From assembly GCA_965287045.1 (NCBI GenBank), contig OZ336893.1, forward strand, positions 43,028,001-43,092,000: a stretch of DNA of 64,000 nt, read 5' to 3'. Positions 24,361 through 37,449 of this stretch are shown here, one piece after another. Within the stretch, counting starts at the first letter, position 1; each line of letters opens with the position of its first letter. Position numbers and translations under genes: made by a program. Under the pieces are notes generated by a model, which was given only the letters and a program-made list of their open reading frames with translations, did no database searches and was not told the origin of the DNA. This DNA is from Carcharhinus amblyrhynchos (taxonomy: Eukaryota).

Positions 24361-25835
24361 TGGCTTTAATTTACTTTCCTTATGTTAACTTTATTCGATT
24401 TTGGTTTATCTACAGTACCCTATTTTACCCAGCTTTGATTTAACATTACTTCTCTATCGCTTGTGTTAAATCTAGGTAGTTACTTTCTAAAACAAAAGAA
24501 TGCATTGTTCTAATTTTTAACTGCTTAAAGACCCTCCCTAACAGCAATTTCTCACATACCAATGAACCTATGGTGGGGAGGAGGTAGAGGGGGTATTTTC
24601 TGGCCTCCCAGCAGCATGCTTCTCATGGCAGGAGGGGAGAGGTGCTACGTTGTTCTTTTGGTCTCGTCACTGTCACTGGGAATTCCCACTGACTGTACCA
24701 GGAAAACCGCAGCAGCACCAGTTGGCATGCACAGCCGCAAAATTCCATTCCTACGTTTCTTTTGGAATTCCTCAAACTCAGGCCCCCCCCCATGCAGATT
24801 TCCAACTCCTGGTCTCCTGGCAGCTGAGATAGAAATGGAAAAAGGATAAAGCACTCCCCCCGCCCACCATCCTCACTGAATTCCCTTACTCGCCAAATCC
24901 ACTGCAATCTCACTCTGTACCAGCTGCATTCCGTGCCACTGCACTTAACCTCTCATCTTTATACTACCGAGATTGAGATCAGTTATTGTCTGAAGAGCTG
25001 CTCTCTGCAGTGACCACAGCTAGCGTAGGGTTCATTGCACACTGCAGCACATGACAGCTAGCTTAAAAGGAACCATTCAAATGGATACTGTTGAAGACTG
25101 ACTTGTCCTTGTCGGTTTCCCCCCCTCTCTTCCTCAGTCCTAACTGAGGGAACTGACCAGAGACATCTGTTTTTGCTACACGTATTTGCCACAAGATGCA
25201 CCAAGTCTTGTTGACTGATGGACCAGGGGTGAAATGCTTTGGATTTTCCTCCCACCCCTCCCACCTCCCCCCTGACAACCCAGCGAAGGGCAGGATCCTC
25301 CTGTTCTGAATCTTAAGAATCTGAGAGATTCACAAAGAGAAACTCATAGCACTGAACTTACTTAATAACAGGCAAATACAGACATGCTCCAGGATTTTAA
25401 AAATATTAAAAAGAATGAATCATGCTAATGTAAAAATGTAAAACCATTTGGATTGGCAAAGCAGGAGCTAAAAAAAACCGATATAAAATTAACAAGTTTT
25501 GGTTTTCAATTATGCCAAGATTCTCCTGAACATCTGCAGTAACTTCAGCCCAAGACCATGGACGATGGAGAAATTCTGTAAACTTGGATAAAGGCTCATT
25601 AAAATTAACCCCATTTCTCCCCCAGATTTTCAGGTAACAGCAACAAATATCCAATTAATGCCGTGTGAATTAACATTGTTGGAAAAAAAGTGGTTGAAAG
25701 AACACGGAGTTAGGAACAGGACTGAAGATTTGTGGAGAGATAAACGAACGCAGTGTGAAATGATGCAATTCCTGACTTGGTGAAAATTAATTTACAATAC
25801 AGAAAGTTAGGTTTTGTGAGATATTCACCTACTAA

Positions 25836-25991
25836 TAAGTTTTAAGTTTATTTATAAGTCATAATTAGGTTTACACTAACACTGCAATGAAGTTACTGTG
25901 AAAATCCCCTAGTCGCAACACTGCGGCACCTGCTCAGGTACACTAAGGGAGAATTTAGCACGGCCAATGAACCTAACTGGAACATCTTTTG
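25836..25991 (-). mobile_element. V-type SINE 3' half (alternative tail)
   Basis: CACTGCAATGAAGTTACTGTGAAAATCCCCTAGTCG tail sequence. Confidence 0.8.
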
Positions 25992-26569
25992 GGCTTTATA
26001 CAGGCCTTACATGCAACGATTGCAGGGGAAAAATCAGCTGCTAGGTTCCCAGATGTCTATTCAGTGTAAGCCGTGCAGTATGAAGTTTGTCTACTTCTTG
26101 TGATACAGACATGGGTTGCTGTAGCATTGCTCAAAACGCAAAAACTGAGGGTATAATGTATGATGCAAAGTTGGACAAATATTCTCAAGTGTCTCTTGCC
26201 CTACATTTGGATAGAGAGGGAAAAATATCCCAGAATCCTGCTCAAGTGGCTCAGTGAGGAAAACATGGAAAGTGATGGGGTGGGAGGAAGCACTGGAGGG
26301 AAAGTCTAGGATGTATTCCCAGCTGATTAACAAACTCAACACCTTGCAAAATTCAGATGAGGATATGAAATCCTCAGCAAGCTTCCTCAGCACTGAACAG
26401 TCTCTTATTATTACCAATTTGAAAACCTTTGGAAATAATGTAGCTCTACATTTCAAACAGTGTAAGACTCCACCTGTCCCTGTAGGAACTATTTGAAGAA
26501 AAGTGAGTTCTCACACTGTGACTGCCAAATTTCATCTCTCAACCCACAGAACTAAAAAGAGATTACCTG

Positions 26570-26753
26570 ACTTTTGAATGGACATACCTCGCATTAAGTT
26601 GATCTTTCTCTACACCCTAGCTATCACTGTAACACTACATTCTGCACTCTCTCCTTTCCTTCTCTATGAATGATATGTTTTTCTGCATGGCACGCAAGAA
26701 ACAATACTTTTCACTGTATGTTAATACATGTGACAATAATAAATTAAATCAAA
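26570..26753 (+). mobile_element. Rex1/Babar LINE 3' UTR
   Basis: Matches 30645-30840. Confidence 0.85.
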
Positions 26754-26791
26754 TGATCATTTATCTCATTGCTGTTTGTGGAACAGTGCCT

Positions 26792-27108
26792 CACGGTGGC
26801 ACAGTGGTTAGTGCTGCTGTCTCACAGCACAAGGGTCCTGTGTTCAATTCCAGCCTCAGGTGACTGTGTGGAGTTTGCACATTCTCCCCATGTCTGTGTG
26901 GGTTTCCTCCAGGTCTCCAGCTTCCTCCCATATGTCAAAGGTATGTGGGTTAGGTTGATTGGCCATGCTAAATTGCCCCTTAATGTCAGGGGATTAGCAG
27001 AGTAAATACATGAGGTTACAGTCAGAGGGCCTGGATGGGATTGTGGTCGGTGCAGACTCAATGGGCCAAATGGCCTCCTTCTGCACTGTAGGGATTCAAT
27101 GGATTCTA
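26792..27108 (+). mobile_element. HE1-type SINE
   Basis: Similar to 20801-21123. Confidence 0.9.
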
Positions 27109-27294
27109 AATTCAAATTGCTAACAGGGCAGTGACGTCAACAGGTCACCCAGAATCTCATTAATCATTGGGTGCAAAGGTCTGTATCATTAACTAATTAG
27201 ATTTTAAGATAGAAAAAGAAACATAGCCAGGTGGAGAAGGAAAAGTGATTAGCCTCAAATTACAGACAAAAAGAGAAATAAAGGGAAATAAACT

Positions 27295-27409
27295 ATGGGA
27301 TCTAATGGGATTGGGGTTATAGATAGGTCTATGGCTTAGTAGGTATACATGTGATCGGCGCAACTCGTGGGCCGAAGGGCTTGTTTGTGCTGTAGTGTTC
27401 TATGTTCTA
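27295..27409 (+). mobile_element. CR1 3' UTR fragment
   Basis: Matches 9745-9857 including the TTCTATG tail. Confidence 0.88.
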
Positions 27410-29486
27410 AAGAGAGGGAAAGAAAGAGAGCAAATTGAGAGAGAAAGAGAGAAGCGACAAGCAAAACTAAAAAAACTTTATTCTAATTTAAATTTAAAGA
27501 AGTCTCTAAGTAGAATTTACTACTTGTGGAAGAAAGGCTCCAGAGTTTCATTGTTTCCCTTTCTGCCTGGATCATACATCATACAGGGTGTCCTTACAGG
27601 GATATTACCAGCCCTAAGTAGTTGCAACAAAATTAATTGTCTTAACCCCATAAAATCTACTAATTTCAAAACACACATGAATGGTTCACAGAAAACCAGA
27701 AACTTCTTTCCGTTTGGTGAGGGTAACTGTGGAACTGGCAAGTCGACGAGTAATTTCGGTTGAATCAGAACTTACGGCACTGCTTTCAACCACTCATGAG
27801 AGTGGGAGTTCATGAATTTATCCAGCAATTTCTGGACCTTTGCAAAACAGCATATTTGCTCACAGGTTTCTGTGTGCGCTTGGGACTGGTTATTCCGTTC
27901 AGAACAACTGGGATCTGGGTGGTAAACATTAAAAAAACATAAAGAATTGAGGGGAATGAAGTGAACTGTGGGGAAAAAAAAACAAGAAACAAAAAGTCAG
28001 GAAATGTTTACTGGAATAAGAAAAAATGAATAAATAATCTTAGGGGAACATTAAGAAACATATATATAAAGGAAATATGGAAACAGTTTAATTAATTCTC
28101 TTGACCTCTTCTCATTTCCTCATGGAAATTGAATGCTTATAGGAAAAATAATGAAAATATAGACAATCTTATCAGGATAATGCAGCAGCAATGATACGAT
28201 GGTGTATAAATGGTGACTGTTAAGCACCACAGCAGGTCACTGGTAGTAAAACATTCAGATGTAGCCCCTCACTCTTAAGTACAGGAAAAACATGCATTCC
28301 GTATAACAGTGAAATCAACAGGATGTGCTTTAAAACACGTATAGAAAACTGCCTGAGACTTCAATGCAGTTTGCAACTGCCCTCATTTCATTCTTAAATA
28401 GGACAGGAAAAGAGGGAAAGCTTGGTAACTTTAGAAAAGTGATTTCAGGTAGTTTTGAAATGTCTTTTGTTGAAATCATAAGGTAAAAATAATACCAACT
28501 AATTGAATTTTATTGCAAGACCAATAATCAGTAAAATGATCAGTAATTCACATTAATATTAATACCCGGATAACTTTCTGTTGTTCAGCAGCTTTTAAGT
28601 TTTGTAAGCTAGATGCTTCCGTTAATAAAACCAGTTCATTGTAGATTCTGCTCTGAATGACAGCAACGAGAAAGTTAAAAGTTCATTTACTTACCTAACA
28701 AACAGCTAGCAGTTATTCCGCATGTACCCCAGCACATTTCTGCCTGTCCCAGACAGGTTGCTAACTGGTTATTGGAACCCAAGGTCTACGTGGGCCATTG
28801 GGAAAGTTCTATCCATTTTATATTCACAAAAACCAAAATGCTCCTTTCAATTTTCAACCCGTGCAGTGATCTGAGAATTCCAGCACTTTGGAAGATGTGA
28901 GGAAGGGAAATGATGTATCACTGATTATGAGCTCATGATCTATACTGTAAAAGTCCTTCCACATGATTCTGAGAAATGTAAGCGTTGTTAGGTTGTAACC
29001 AGGAAACAGCTGCACTTGCTAGTTTGTTGAATCCTGTTGTTCAGCACATTCAAAGCAGGAAGAGAAGGCTGGCTTTACGCTGGGGATACTTGTTGAGTTG
29101 ATCTGGCTCCCAGTCCCAATTGGACACACAGGAAGATCTCAGCCACAGCACAATCTGCTTGGGGTCAGGGACACAAGGATGCCTGCAACAACTCCATTGT
29201 CTATCATGAAAGCAATTTCCTTATTTTAACAAATGATATAACCATTTGTGTTCATGTAAAGTGGTGCACCCAATTTAATAACTGACATCATATTGTTCAT
29301 ATGTTTGTGCATCAGAGATAAGAACTGAACAAATACTAACTAGTTAATCACTCCTAATAAAGAAATGTAAAGGCTTCTTTCTCACCTTAGAAGGAAAACA
29401 AGAATGGAGGAGAAAGCCAGTCGTATATTTCCCTTACATAAAGAATCATGTCCCATCTGTTCTGCCCTATTGTGACTTAAAATTTT

Positions 29487-31090
29487 AAAGTTTATTTATT
29501 AGTGTCACAAGTAGGCTTACATTAACACTTACAATACATTGGCTCACATGATCCAAAATTATGAAAGGTTAGTCATGCCATGAATCAATTCCAGCCTCCC
29601 AAATGACCTGGATCCATTACAGTTTGTCTACCGCTGCAACAGGTCCACAGCAGACACCATTTCCCTGGCCCTGCACTCAACCCTGGAGCACCTAGGTAAC
29701 AAGGACACCTATGTTAGACTGCTATTTATTGACTACAGCTCAGCCTTCATCACTATTATTCCCATGAAACTCATCTCTAAACTCCGTGGTCTGCGCCTTG
29801 GCACTTCCCTCTGCAACTGGATGCTGAACTTCCTAACCACAATCAGTAAGGATAGGCAACAACACCTCCTCCACTATCATCCTCAGCACCGGTGCCCCAC
29901 AAGGCTGTGTTCTCAGCCTCCTATTAGACACCTTACGCACCTATGACTCTATGGCCAAATTCCCCTCCAATTTGACTTTCAAGTTTGCTGACAAAGCCAC
30001 CGTAGTGGGTTGGATCCCAAACAATGACGAGACAGAGGACAGGAATGAGATACAGAATCTGGTGAACACTTGCAGCAACAATAATCTCTCCCTCAATGTC
30101 AACAAAATGAAGGAGATTGTCATCAACTTCAGGAAGTGTAAAGGCGAACATGCCCCTGTCTATATCTATGGGGACAAAGTAGAAGAGTCGAAAGCTTCAA
30201 GTTTTAGGTGTCCAGGTCACCAACAACCTGTCCTGGTCCCCCCCATGCAGACACTATAGTTAAGAAATCCCACCAACACCTCTACTTTCTCAGAAGACTA
30301 AGGAAATTTGGCATGTCAGCTACAATTCTCACCAACTTGCATAGATGCCCCATAGAAAGTATTCTTTCTGGCTGTATCACAGCTTGGTATGGGCTCCTGC
30401 TCTGCCCAAGACCTCAAGGAATACAAAAAGTCGCGAATGTAGCCCAATCCATCACTCAAACCAGCCTCCCATCCACTGACTCTGTCTACGCTTCCTGCTG
30501 CCTTGGCAAAGCAGCCAGCATAATTAAGGACCCCACGCACCCTGGACATTCTTTCTTCCATCTTCTTCCATCAGGAAAATGATATAAAAGTCTGAGTTCA
30601 TGTACCAACCAACTCAAGAACAGCTTCTTCCTTGCTGCTGTCAGACTTTTGAATGGACTTACCTTGCATTGAGTTGATCTTTCTCTAGGTATGACTGTAA
30701 CACTACATTCTGCACTCTCTCCTTTCTGCAGTCTCTCCTTTCCTTCTCTATGAACGGTATGTTTTGTCTTTATAGCATGCAAGAAACAATACTTTTCACT
30801 GTATGTTAATACATGTGACAATAATAAATAAATCAAATCAACACTGCAATAAAGTTACTGTGAAAATCCTCTAGTTGCCACACTCCAGGGTACATTGAGG
30901 GAGAATTTAGCATGGCCAATGGACCCTAACCAGCTCATCTTTCTGACAGTGGGAGGAAACCGGAGCACCTGGAGGAAACCTGTGTGGACACAGGAAGAAT
31001 GTGCAGACTCTGCACAGATAGTGACTCAAACCAGGAATTGAACCCAGGCCCCTGACGCTATGAGGCAGCATTGCTAACCACTGTGCTGCC
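29487..31090 (-). mobile_element. V-type SINE split by a Rex1 LINE (pieces 29487-29536 and 30840-31090)
   Basis: Tail ...GTAGGCTTACATTAACACT resumes as AACACTGCAATAAAGTTACTGTG at 30840. Confidence 0.85.
29545..30840 (+). mobile_element. Rex1/Babar LINE, 5'-truncated RT and 3' UTR
   Basis: [53 protein letters not shown]; (AAATC)n tail. Confidence 0.92.
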
Positions 31091-31520
31091 AATGCTGCAT
31101 AATTATGCTAATTCGTAACAATTGCATAATTATGTTAATTCTACTCCTCTTGGATCTGCGATACTCTTGTATTAGTCCAATTAATACTAATAACTCAATG
31201 TCAATTAGTTCATATAGAAAACAGTTCTGGATTCTGAACAAAATGGCCTCTGAATGTTTTTCTCCAAATAAATATATCCAGTTTTATTTGAACTTTGTAT
31301 TTTCAAAGTTGAACATAGATTCCTAATTGGATGTATATGTCAGATGCGCATCCTGAATTGGGAAAGATTGAATACATGTTCACCAGGAGGCTGTTAGATA
31401 TGGTTTTTACCTTTTATTACGTTCCAAAGGCCTATAAGGACTCAGAGTGAGTACCTATACCACAGGGACTGCAGCAGTTCAAGAAAGACAACTCACCACC
31501 ACCTTCTCGAGGACAGTTCT

Positions 31521-31878
31521 GGCAGCAGGGTAGCACAGCGGCTAGCACTGCTGCCTCACAGCTCCAGGGATCCGGCTTCCATTCCAGCCTTGGATGATGG
31601 TGTGTGTGGAGCTTGCACGTCCTCTCCGTGTCTGCGTGGGTTGCTTCTGGGTGCTCCGATTTCCTCCCACACTCCGTAGATGTACAGGTTAGGTGGATTG
31701 GCCGTGGTAAATTGCCCCTTCGTGGCTCAAGATGTGTAAGTTAGATGGATTAGTCATGGTAAATGTGTGGCTAGGGGTAGGGGAAAGGCCCTGGGGAAGG
31801 TACTGTCAGAGAGAGTCAGTGCAGACTCAATGGGCTGCATTGCTTCCTTTTGCACTGTAGGAATTCTAAGAAATTCTA
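31521..31878 (+). mobile_element. HE1-type SINE
   Basis: Head, core and CACTGTAG.AATTCTA tail. Confidence 0.88.
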
Positions 31879-33488
31879 CAAAAATCAGGTTAACTGCCTT
31901 TGGGTGATATCGCCTCAGCTAGGAATAACAGACGTTTCCCATCATGCTGACTTCAGGTGTACTTCAAGGTAGTTAAAATAGCACCTAAGGAGATGTCTAT
32001 CTTGCAGTATATATCTACAACCTATATTCAAATAACATTTTATCTAAGGTATGCACTGACCTCCAATGTAAATCTGGGAATTACAATGCCAAAATGTGAA
32101 CACACTTGTGTAAAATCACTCGGTTGCACAGTATTATATTTACCCACAAGTTACTCAACGTACTTTCTGAACAAAAAAACATTCACAATGATTTTTTTCA
32201 CCGGGTCGCAGCAAGCTTTTGCTAAAGAAGCAGATTCGGAGCACTGCGTACAGTTAATTTACTGATCAGATATGAAATTTTCCTGTCGATTAAAAGATAA
32301 ATCCAGCTCATCACAATGTGAATCGAATGTCAAATAAAGGTATTGCGCTCAGCCCAGCACCGACCCGAAGTCAGTCCATTCCCTTCAAACCCAGGAGCTG
32401 CAAGTTAGGCTGAAGTTTCACTGGTTCAAGCGCACCTCACCACAACCTGGAGTATTTTAGGACTTGGCTTTGCTTCAAATAAAAATAACGCCTGATGTTC
32501 TAAACCAGCTTCTAAAATCTACAGCTTTCGCTGTAATGCATCCTACTCACAAAATCGACAGTGAGCTTGTGGTTTTTCACTTGCTGATTATGTATCTTTC
32601 GCTGCCATGATGGGCTGTTGTCCACGCTGTGATATTTTGCATTTTGAAAGAAACGTTGTTAAAAAAAATGTTGATCAATGTTTGAATGGGCTGCTTTGAG
32701 CCTTCCCGAGGACAGGTGAGGATCATAAATCTTCCAATGCAGGTTCCATTTCTCCTTGCATTACGCCTCACCCAGTTGTCATGCAGTTTGTTGACACTCT
32801 CTGTAATCTATTCCTTGTGTTCAGTTGAAGGTAAATTACTCAGTGCATTTGTAAAAACAATGGTACTTCCACCAGGATGAAATTATTGTTGGTCACTGGC
32901 CATTTGGCAAATGCACTGGATGTTTGATTTAATACAAGCTGACAATTCCACAGTCTCGCCACAGTGCACAGGCCCCCTGAGCTCTTCCCTGATGTCCTCT
33001 TGTTTTATTTATTTTCTCCCCCCCCCCCATTGGTGATCCCACCTGTCCTTTTTGCAATGTTATTCAGAGAACTTCCCCCTCAGGCTCCTTCGATCCCAAA
33101 TATTCATTTCATCCTCTGCTCCCACTTTCACAAAAACCAATAAAGAAGACAAGCACGGCCAGTGGAGACTGTGGAACACCAGTGACTTCAGCTTAGTTAC
33201 CGGGTGACATTTCACTGAAATGACCTCGCTTTTTGAGGGATTAATCTTTTTACCAATTTAACATTTTGAAATGAACAGTATCAATGAGAAAGTAACACCG
33301 GAAATATCTCATTAATCTCACTCTTAATATTTAGAGCTTGTTTTCTTTTTTCTGTCAGCTGCAAGTTCATCTATAACACATTCCAAGCCCTGAGCTGTAA
33401 GATAAGCATACGCGCTGTTCTCAGAACTGCAGTGTCTCTCTATTCACAGAATAAAGTAGGTCCAACACAGCAGCTCACAATGACTCAC

Positions 33489-33502
33489 CTTCTGACTGCT
33501 GT
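33489..33502 (-). other. Candidate 14-nt microexon ACAGCAGTCAGAAG
   Basis: Minus strand reads tccccttcttcttccatccaccctacag|ACAGCAGTCAGAAG|gtgagt, next to a long TE-free island. Confidence 0.4.
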
Positions 33503-33649
33503 CTGTAGGGTGGATGGAAGAAGAAGGGGACATAGTTTTATAAAGTGCGATGTTAAGAGCAACCAATGACCTTGTATTTAATTGGTTTTGAGCATTACTT
33601 TTATTCTTGACTAAATATATTGAAGTTATTTCTAGAGACGAGAGACAAG

Positions 33650-33903
33650 GTACAAAGGTGTAAGGTCACGTACCAACTCACTTAAGAACAGCTTCTTCTC
33701 TGCTGCTGTCAGACTTTTGACTGGACCTACTTCGCATTAAGTTGATCTTTCGCTGCACCCTAGCTATGGCTGTAACACTACATTCTGCACTGTCTCCTTT
33801 CCCTCTCCCCTATTTACTCTATGAACGGTATGTTTTGTCTGTATAGTGCGCAAGAAACAACACTTTTCATTGTATCCCAATGCATGTGGCAATAATAAAT
33901 CAG
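33650..33903 (+). mobile_element. Rex1/Babar LINE 3' end
   Basis: Matches 30580-30835. Confidence 0.85.
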
Positions 33904-33914
33904 ACTGAAGTCAG

Positions 33915-34113
33915 CTGTGTGGAGAAGCTGAGCTTGTTCTCCTTGGAGAGGAGAAGCTTGAGAGGAGATTTGAAAGGGGCTTAAAATCATGAGAGATCTG
34001 GACCGAGCAGGGAGAAAGATACTGCTCTCATTGGCAGAAGGGTTGAGGATCGGAGGACAGTGAATTAAAGTGATTGGCTATAAGAGCCAATGGAGACATC
34101 AGGTAAAATGTTG
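33915..34113 (+). mobile_element. CR1 ORF2 C-terminal remnant leading into the tandem array
   Basis: EKLSLFSLERRSLRGDL-type sequence. Confidence 0.8.
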
Positions 34114-35586
34114 TCACACAGCGAGTGGTTAGGATCTGGAATGTACTGTCTGAGAGTGTGGTGGAGACAGATTCACACAGTGAGTGGTTAGGATCTGGAA
34201 TGTACTGTCTAAGAATGTGGTGGAGACAGATTCACACAGTGAGTGGTTGGAATCTGGAATGTACTGTCTGAGAGTGTGGTAGAGACAGATTCACACAGTG
34301 AGTGGTTGGAATCTGGAATGTACTGTCTGAGAGTGTGGTGGAGACAGATTCACACAGTGAGTGGTTGGAATCTGGAATGTACTGTCTGAGAGTGTGGTGG
34401 AGACAGATTCACACAGTGAGTGGTTGGAATCTGGAATGTACTGTCTGAGAGTGTGGTGGAGACAAATTCACACAGTGAGTGGTTAGGATCTGGAATGTAC
34501 TGTCTAAGAATGTGGTGGAGACAGATTCACACAGTGAGTGGTTGGAATCTGGAATGTACTGTCTGAGAGTGTGGTAGAGACAGATTCACACAGTGAGTGG
34601 TTGGAATCTGGAATGTACTGTCTGAGAGTGTGGTGGAGACAGATTCACACAGTGAGTGGTTGGAATCTGGAATGTACTGTCTGAGAGTGTGGTGGAGACA
34701 GAATCACACAGCGAGTGGTTAGGATCTGGAATATACTGACTGAGAGTGTGGTGGAGACAGATTCACACAGTGAGTGGTTAGGATCAGGAATGTACTGTCT
34801 GAGAGTGTGGTGGAGACAGATTCACACAGCGAGTGGTTAGGATCTGGAATGTACTGTCTGAGAGTGTGGTGGAGACAGATTCACACAGTGAGTGGTTAGG
34901 ATCTGGAATGTACTGTCTGAGAGTGTAGTGGAGACAATTTCACACAGCGAGTGGTTAGGATCTGGAATGTACTGACTGAGAGTGTGGTGGAGACAGATTC
35001 ACACAGTGAGTGGTTAGGATCAGGAATGTACTGTCTGAGAGTGTGGTGGAGACAGATTCACACAGCGAGTGGTTAGGATCTGGAATGTACTGTCTGAGAG
35101 TGTGGTGGAGACAGATTCACACAGTGAGTGGTTAGGATCTGGAATGTACTGTCTGAGAGTGTAGTGGAGACAATTTCACACAGCGAGTGGTTAGGATCTG
35201 GAATGTACTGTCTGAGAGTGTGTGGTGGATACAGATTCCCACAGTGAGTGGCTAGGATCTGAGTGCACTGTCTGAGAGTGTGTTGGAGATAGATTCATAC
35301 AGTGAGTGGTTTGGATCTGAGTGGACTGTCTGAGAGTGTGGTGGAGGCAGATTCACACAGTGAGTGGTTAGGATCTAGAATGTACTGTCTGAGAGTGTGG
35401 AGGAGGCAGATTCACACAGCGAGTGGTTAGGATCTGGAATGTACTGTCTGAGAGTGTGGAGGAGGCAGATTCACACAGCGAGTGGTTAGGATCTGGAATG
35501 TACTGTCTGAGAGTATGGAGGAGGCAGATTCACACAGCGAGTGGTTAGGATCTGGAATGCACTGTCTGAAAGTGTGGTGGAGGCAG
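34114..35586 (+). repeat. 59-bp minisatellite, ~25 copies, derived from CR1 ORF2
   Basis: Unit TCACACAGTGAGTGGTTAGGATCTGGAATGTACTGTCTGAGAGTGTGGTGGAGACAGAT corresponds to the CR1 TQRVVRIWNxLxESVVE segment. Confidence 0.97.
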
Positions 35587-36015
35587 TCAGTTGTGCTTTT
35601 CCAAAACTTGGTTGAGCACCTGAGAGAATAAGTATTCCCTGGGTACAAGAAAAAGTTGGAGAAGCAAGACTAAAAGTCATTCCACACACTCTGGAATTAC
35701 AGAATGCCCTCCTTCTACACTGAAACCATTCTATCATTCTTTGGTATTCTAATCCATAATTAAAAGGCACTTAAGATTTGCCAACAATCCATGAAGTTTC
35801 AGATCAATGTGAAGTGTTAACATGTTAAAAGTTGATAAGTGCAATCAGTTCGTTCCTGCTTCCTGCTTTCTCTCAGCAAAAACTGGATTTTGAAGTGTTC
35901 AAAACTTCCTGGAATGTTGCTGCAAACTTTGGAATTAATTTGGGGAGTGATCCCAACATCCCTTGGGTCTTGAACTGTGGTCTTTCTCACCACTCCACAC
36001 AGGAGCAGCAGAGTG

Positions 36016-36328
36016 TCACAGAATCTCTACAATGCAGACGGAGGCCATTCAGCCCATCGAATCTGCACCAACAACAATCCCACCTTGGCCCTATCCTCAC
36101 ATATTTATCCTGCTAATCCCTTAAACCTATGCATTCAGAGACAGTAAGGGGCAATTTAGCAATGAACCTAACCCGCACATCTTTGGACTGTGGGAGGAAA
36201 CCAGAGCACCCGGAGGAAACATGCGCAGACACAAGGAGAATGTGCAAACTCCACACAGTCACCCAAGCCGGGAATCGGACCCAGTCCCTTGAGCTGTGAG
36301 GCAGCAGTACTAAGCACTGTGCCACCCC
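36016..36328 (-). mobile_element. HE1-type SINE
   Basis: Reverse-strand head, core and tail. Confidence 0.9.
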
Positions 36329-36571
36329 CAGATGTATTAAACGTCCCAGAACTGCCTGGGTCAGGGTTTGGAAGAGGTGGCTCCACTGATGCAGCTCCTG
36401 CAAATGTGACAAAGAAGCAGCAAATTCATTTTAATGCTTACACAAAGACAAATCTTATGCAGCCTGTTGCACAGATTTTCACTTTCCAATATCAGAAAGA
36501 GCTGCCCGTTGAGTTTTAATCTTTGGAAATGATACTGACAGTTGGGTCAGTGGAATTCTGTTTCACGTCAA

Positions 36572-36766
36572 GATGTGGGTATGCCGGTGTTGGACTGGTG
36601 TAAACACAGTAAAAAGTCTGACAACACCAGGTTTTAGTCCAACCTATTTATTTGATAATATACTCGCAAGCTTTCGGGTTACCTGACGAAGGGGCTAACC
36701 CGAAAGCTTGCGAGTATATTATCAAATAAATAGGTTGGACTAAAACCTGGTGTTGTCAGACTTTTA
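36572..36766. mobile_element. Young Penelope-derived hairpin insert (subfamily A)
   Basis: Perfect 70-bp arms 36612-36681 / 36696-36765, 14-nt loop, TSD TCACGTCAAGAT at 36563-36574 and 36767-36778 (GAT shared with the element end). Confidence 0.92.
36679..36714 (+). ncRNA. Hammerhead motif with the 5' strand of stem I cut by the inversion
   Basis: CUGACGA-A-GGG(GCUAA)CCC-GAAA-GC-U-U-GCGAG. Confidence 0.65.
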
Positions 36767-37449
36767 TCACGTCAAGATAAGCAGAGTTTCACTTTCCTTC
36801 AGTCAACAGCAATTGTGGCCAAGAACAGCTACAGTCATTTGCTCACATCACAGAGGCCCTGTCATTGTACTGCCCAGTTCAGTATCAAGGGTCAATATCA
36901 TCCAGATACACGGTATCGCCTCAGCAGTTTAAATCTACATGCTGCATCTCTGTCTTGAGAATAATAATGAGCAGCAGTATTTCTTATGCTAGAGCCTTGG
37001 TATTGAGAGCAAACATTTGAAGCAAACACCTTTATGTGCATGTTTAATTTGAGAACTCTCCTTTGCACCATTTAAGCAACAGTTACAATTTTCCAGCTCC
37101 CATTGACACACGTATCTTTGGATTCCTCGCACTATTGTTCCCACTAACTGTACTGCTTGATTACAACACACTTTCTCCCCTCTGTTTCTGCTGATGTTTC
37201 AATCATGTTGTGGTCATGCTTCTCATTTTGAATAACTGTCCCCTGCCCCTTTTGCATTGCCGCTGTATTTATTAATTGCCTGTGGAGTCATGCACTGTTG
37301 CTGGTGGCTGTATATACCCAGGACTCAAATTCAAGAGTCATCCATTATCAGATCAACACAACATTGAGAAATAAAAGCAGAAGTCGGCATTTTGGCTCTT
37401 TCAGCCCGCTCCACCATTCAATAATATCATTGGTGATCTTCTATTCCAC

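Noticed and set aside
34114-35586. CRISPR-like regular array
   Set aside because: Head-to-tail units with no unique spacers, derived from CR1 ORF2, in vertebrate DNA with no cas genes.
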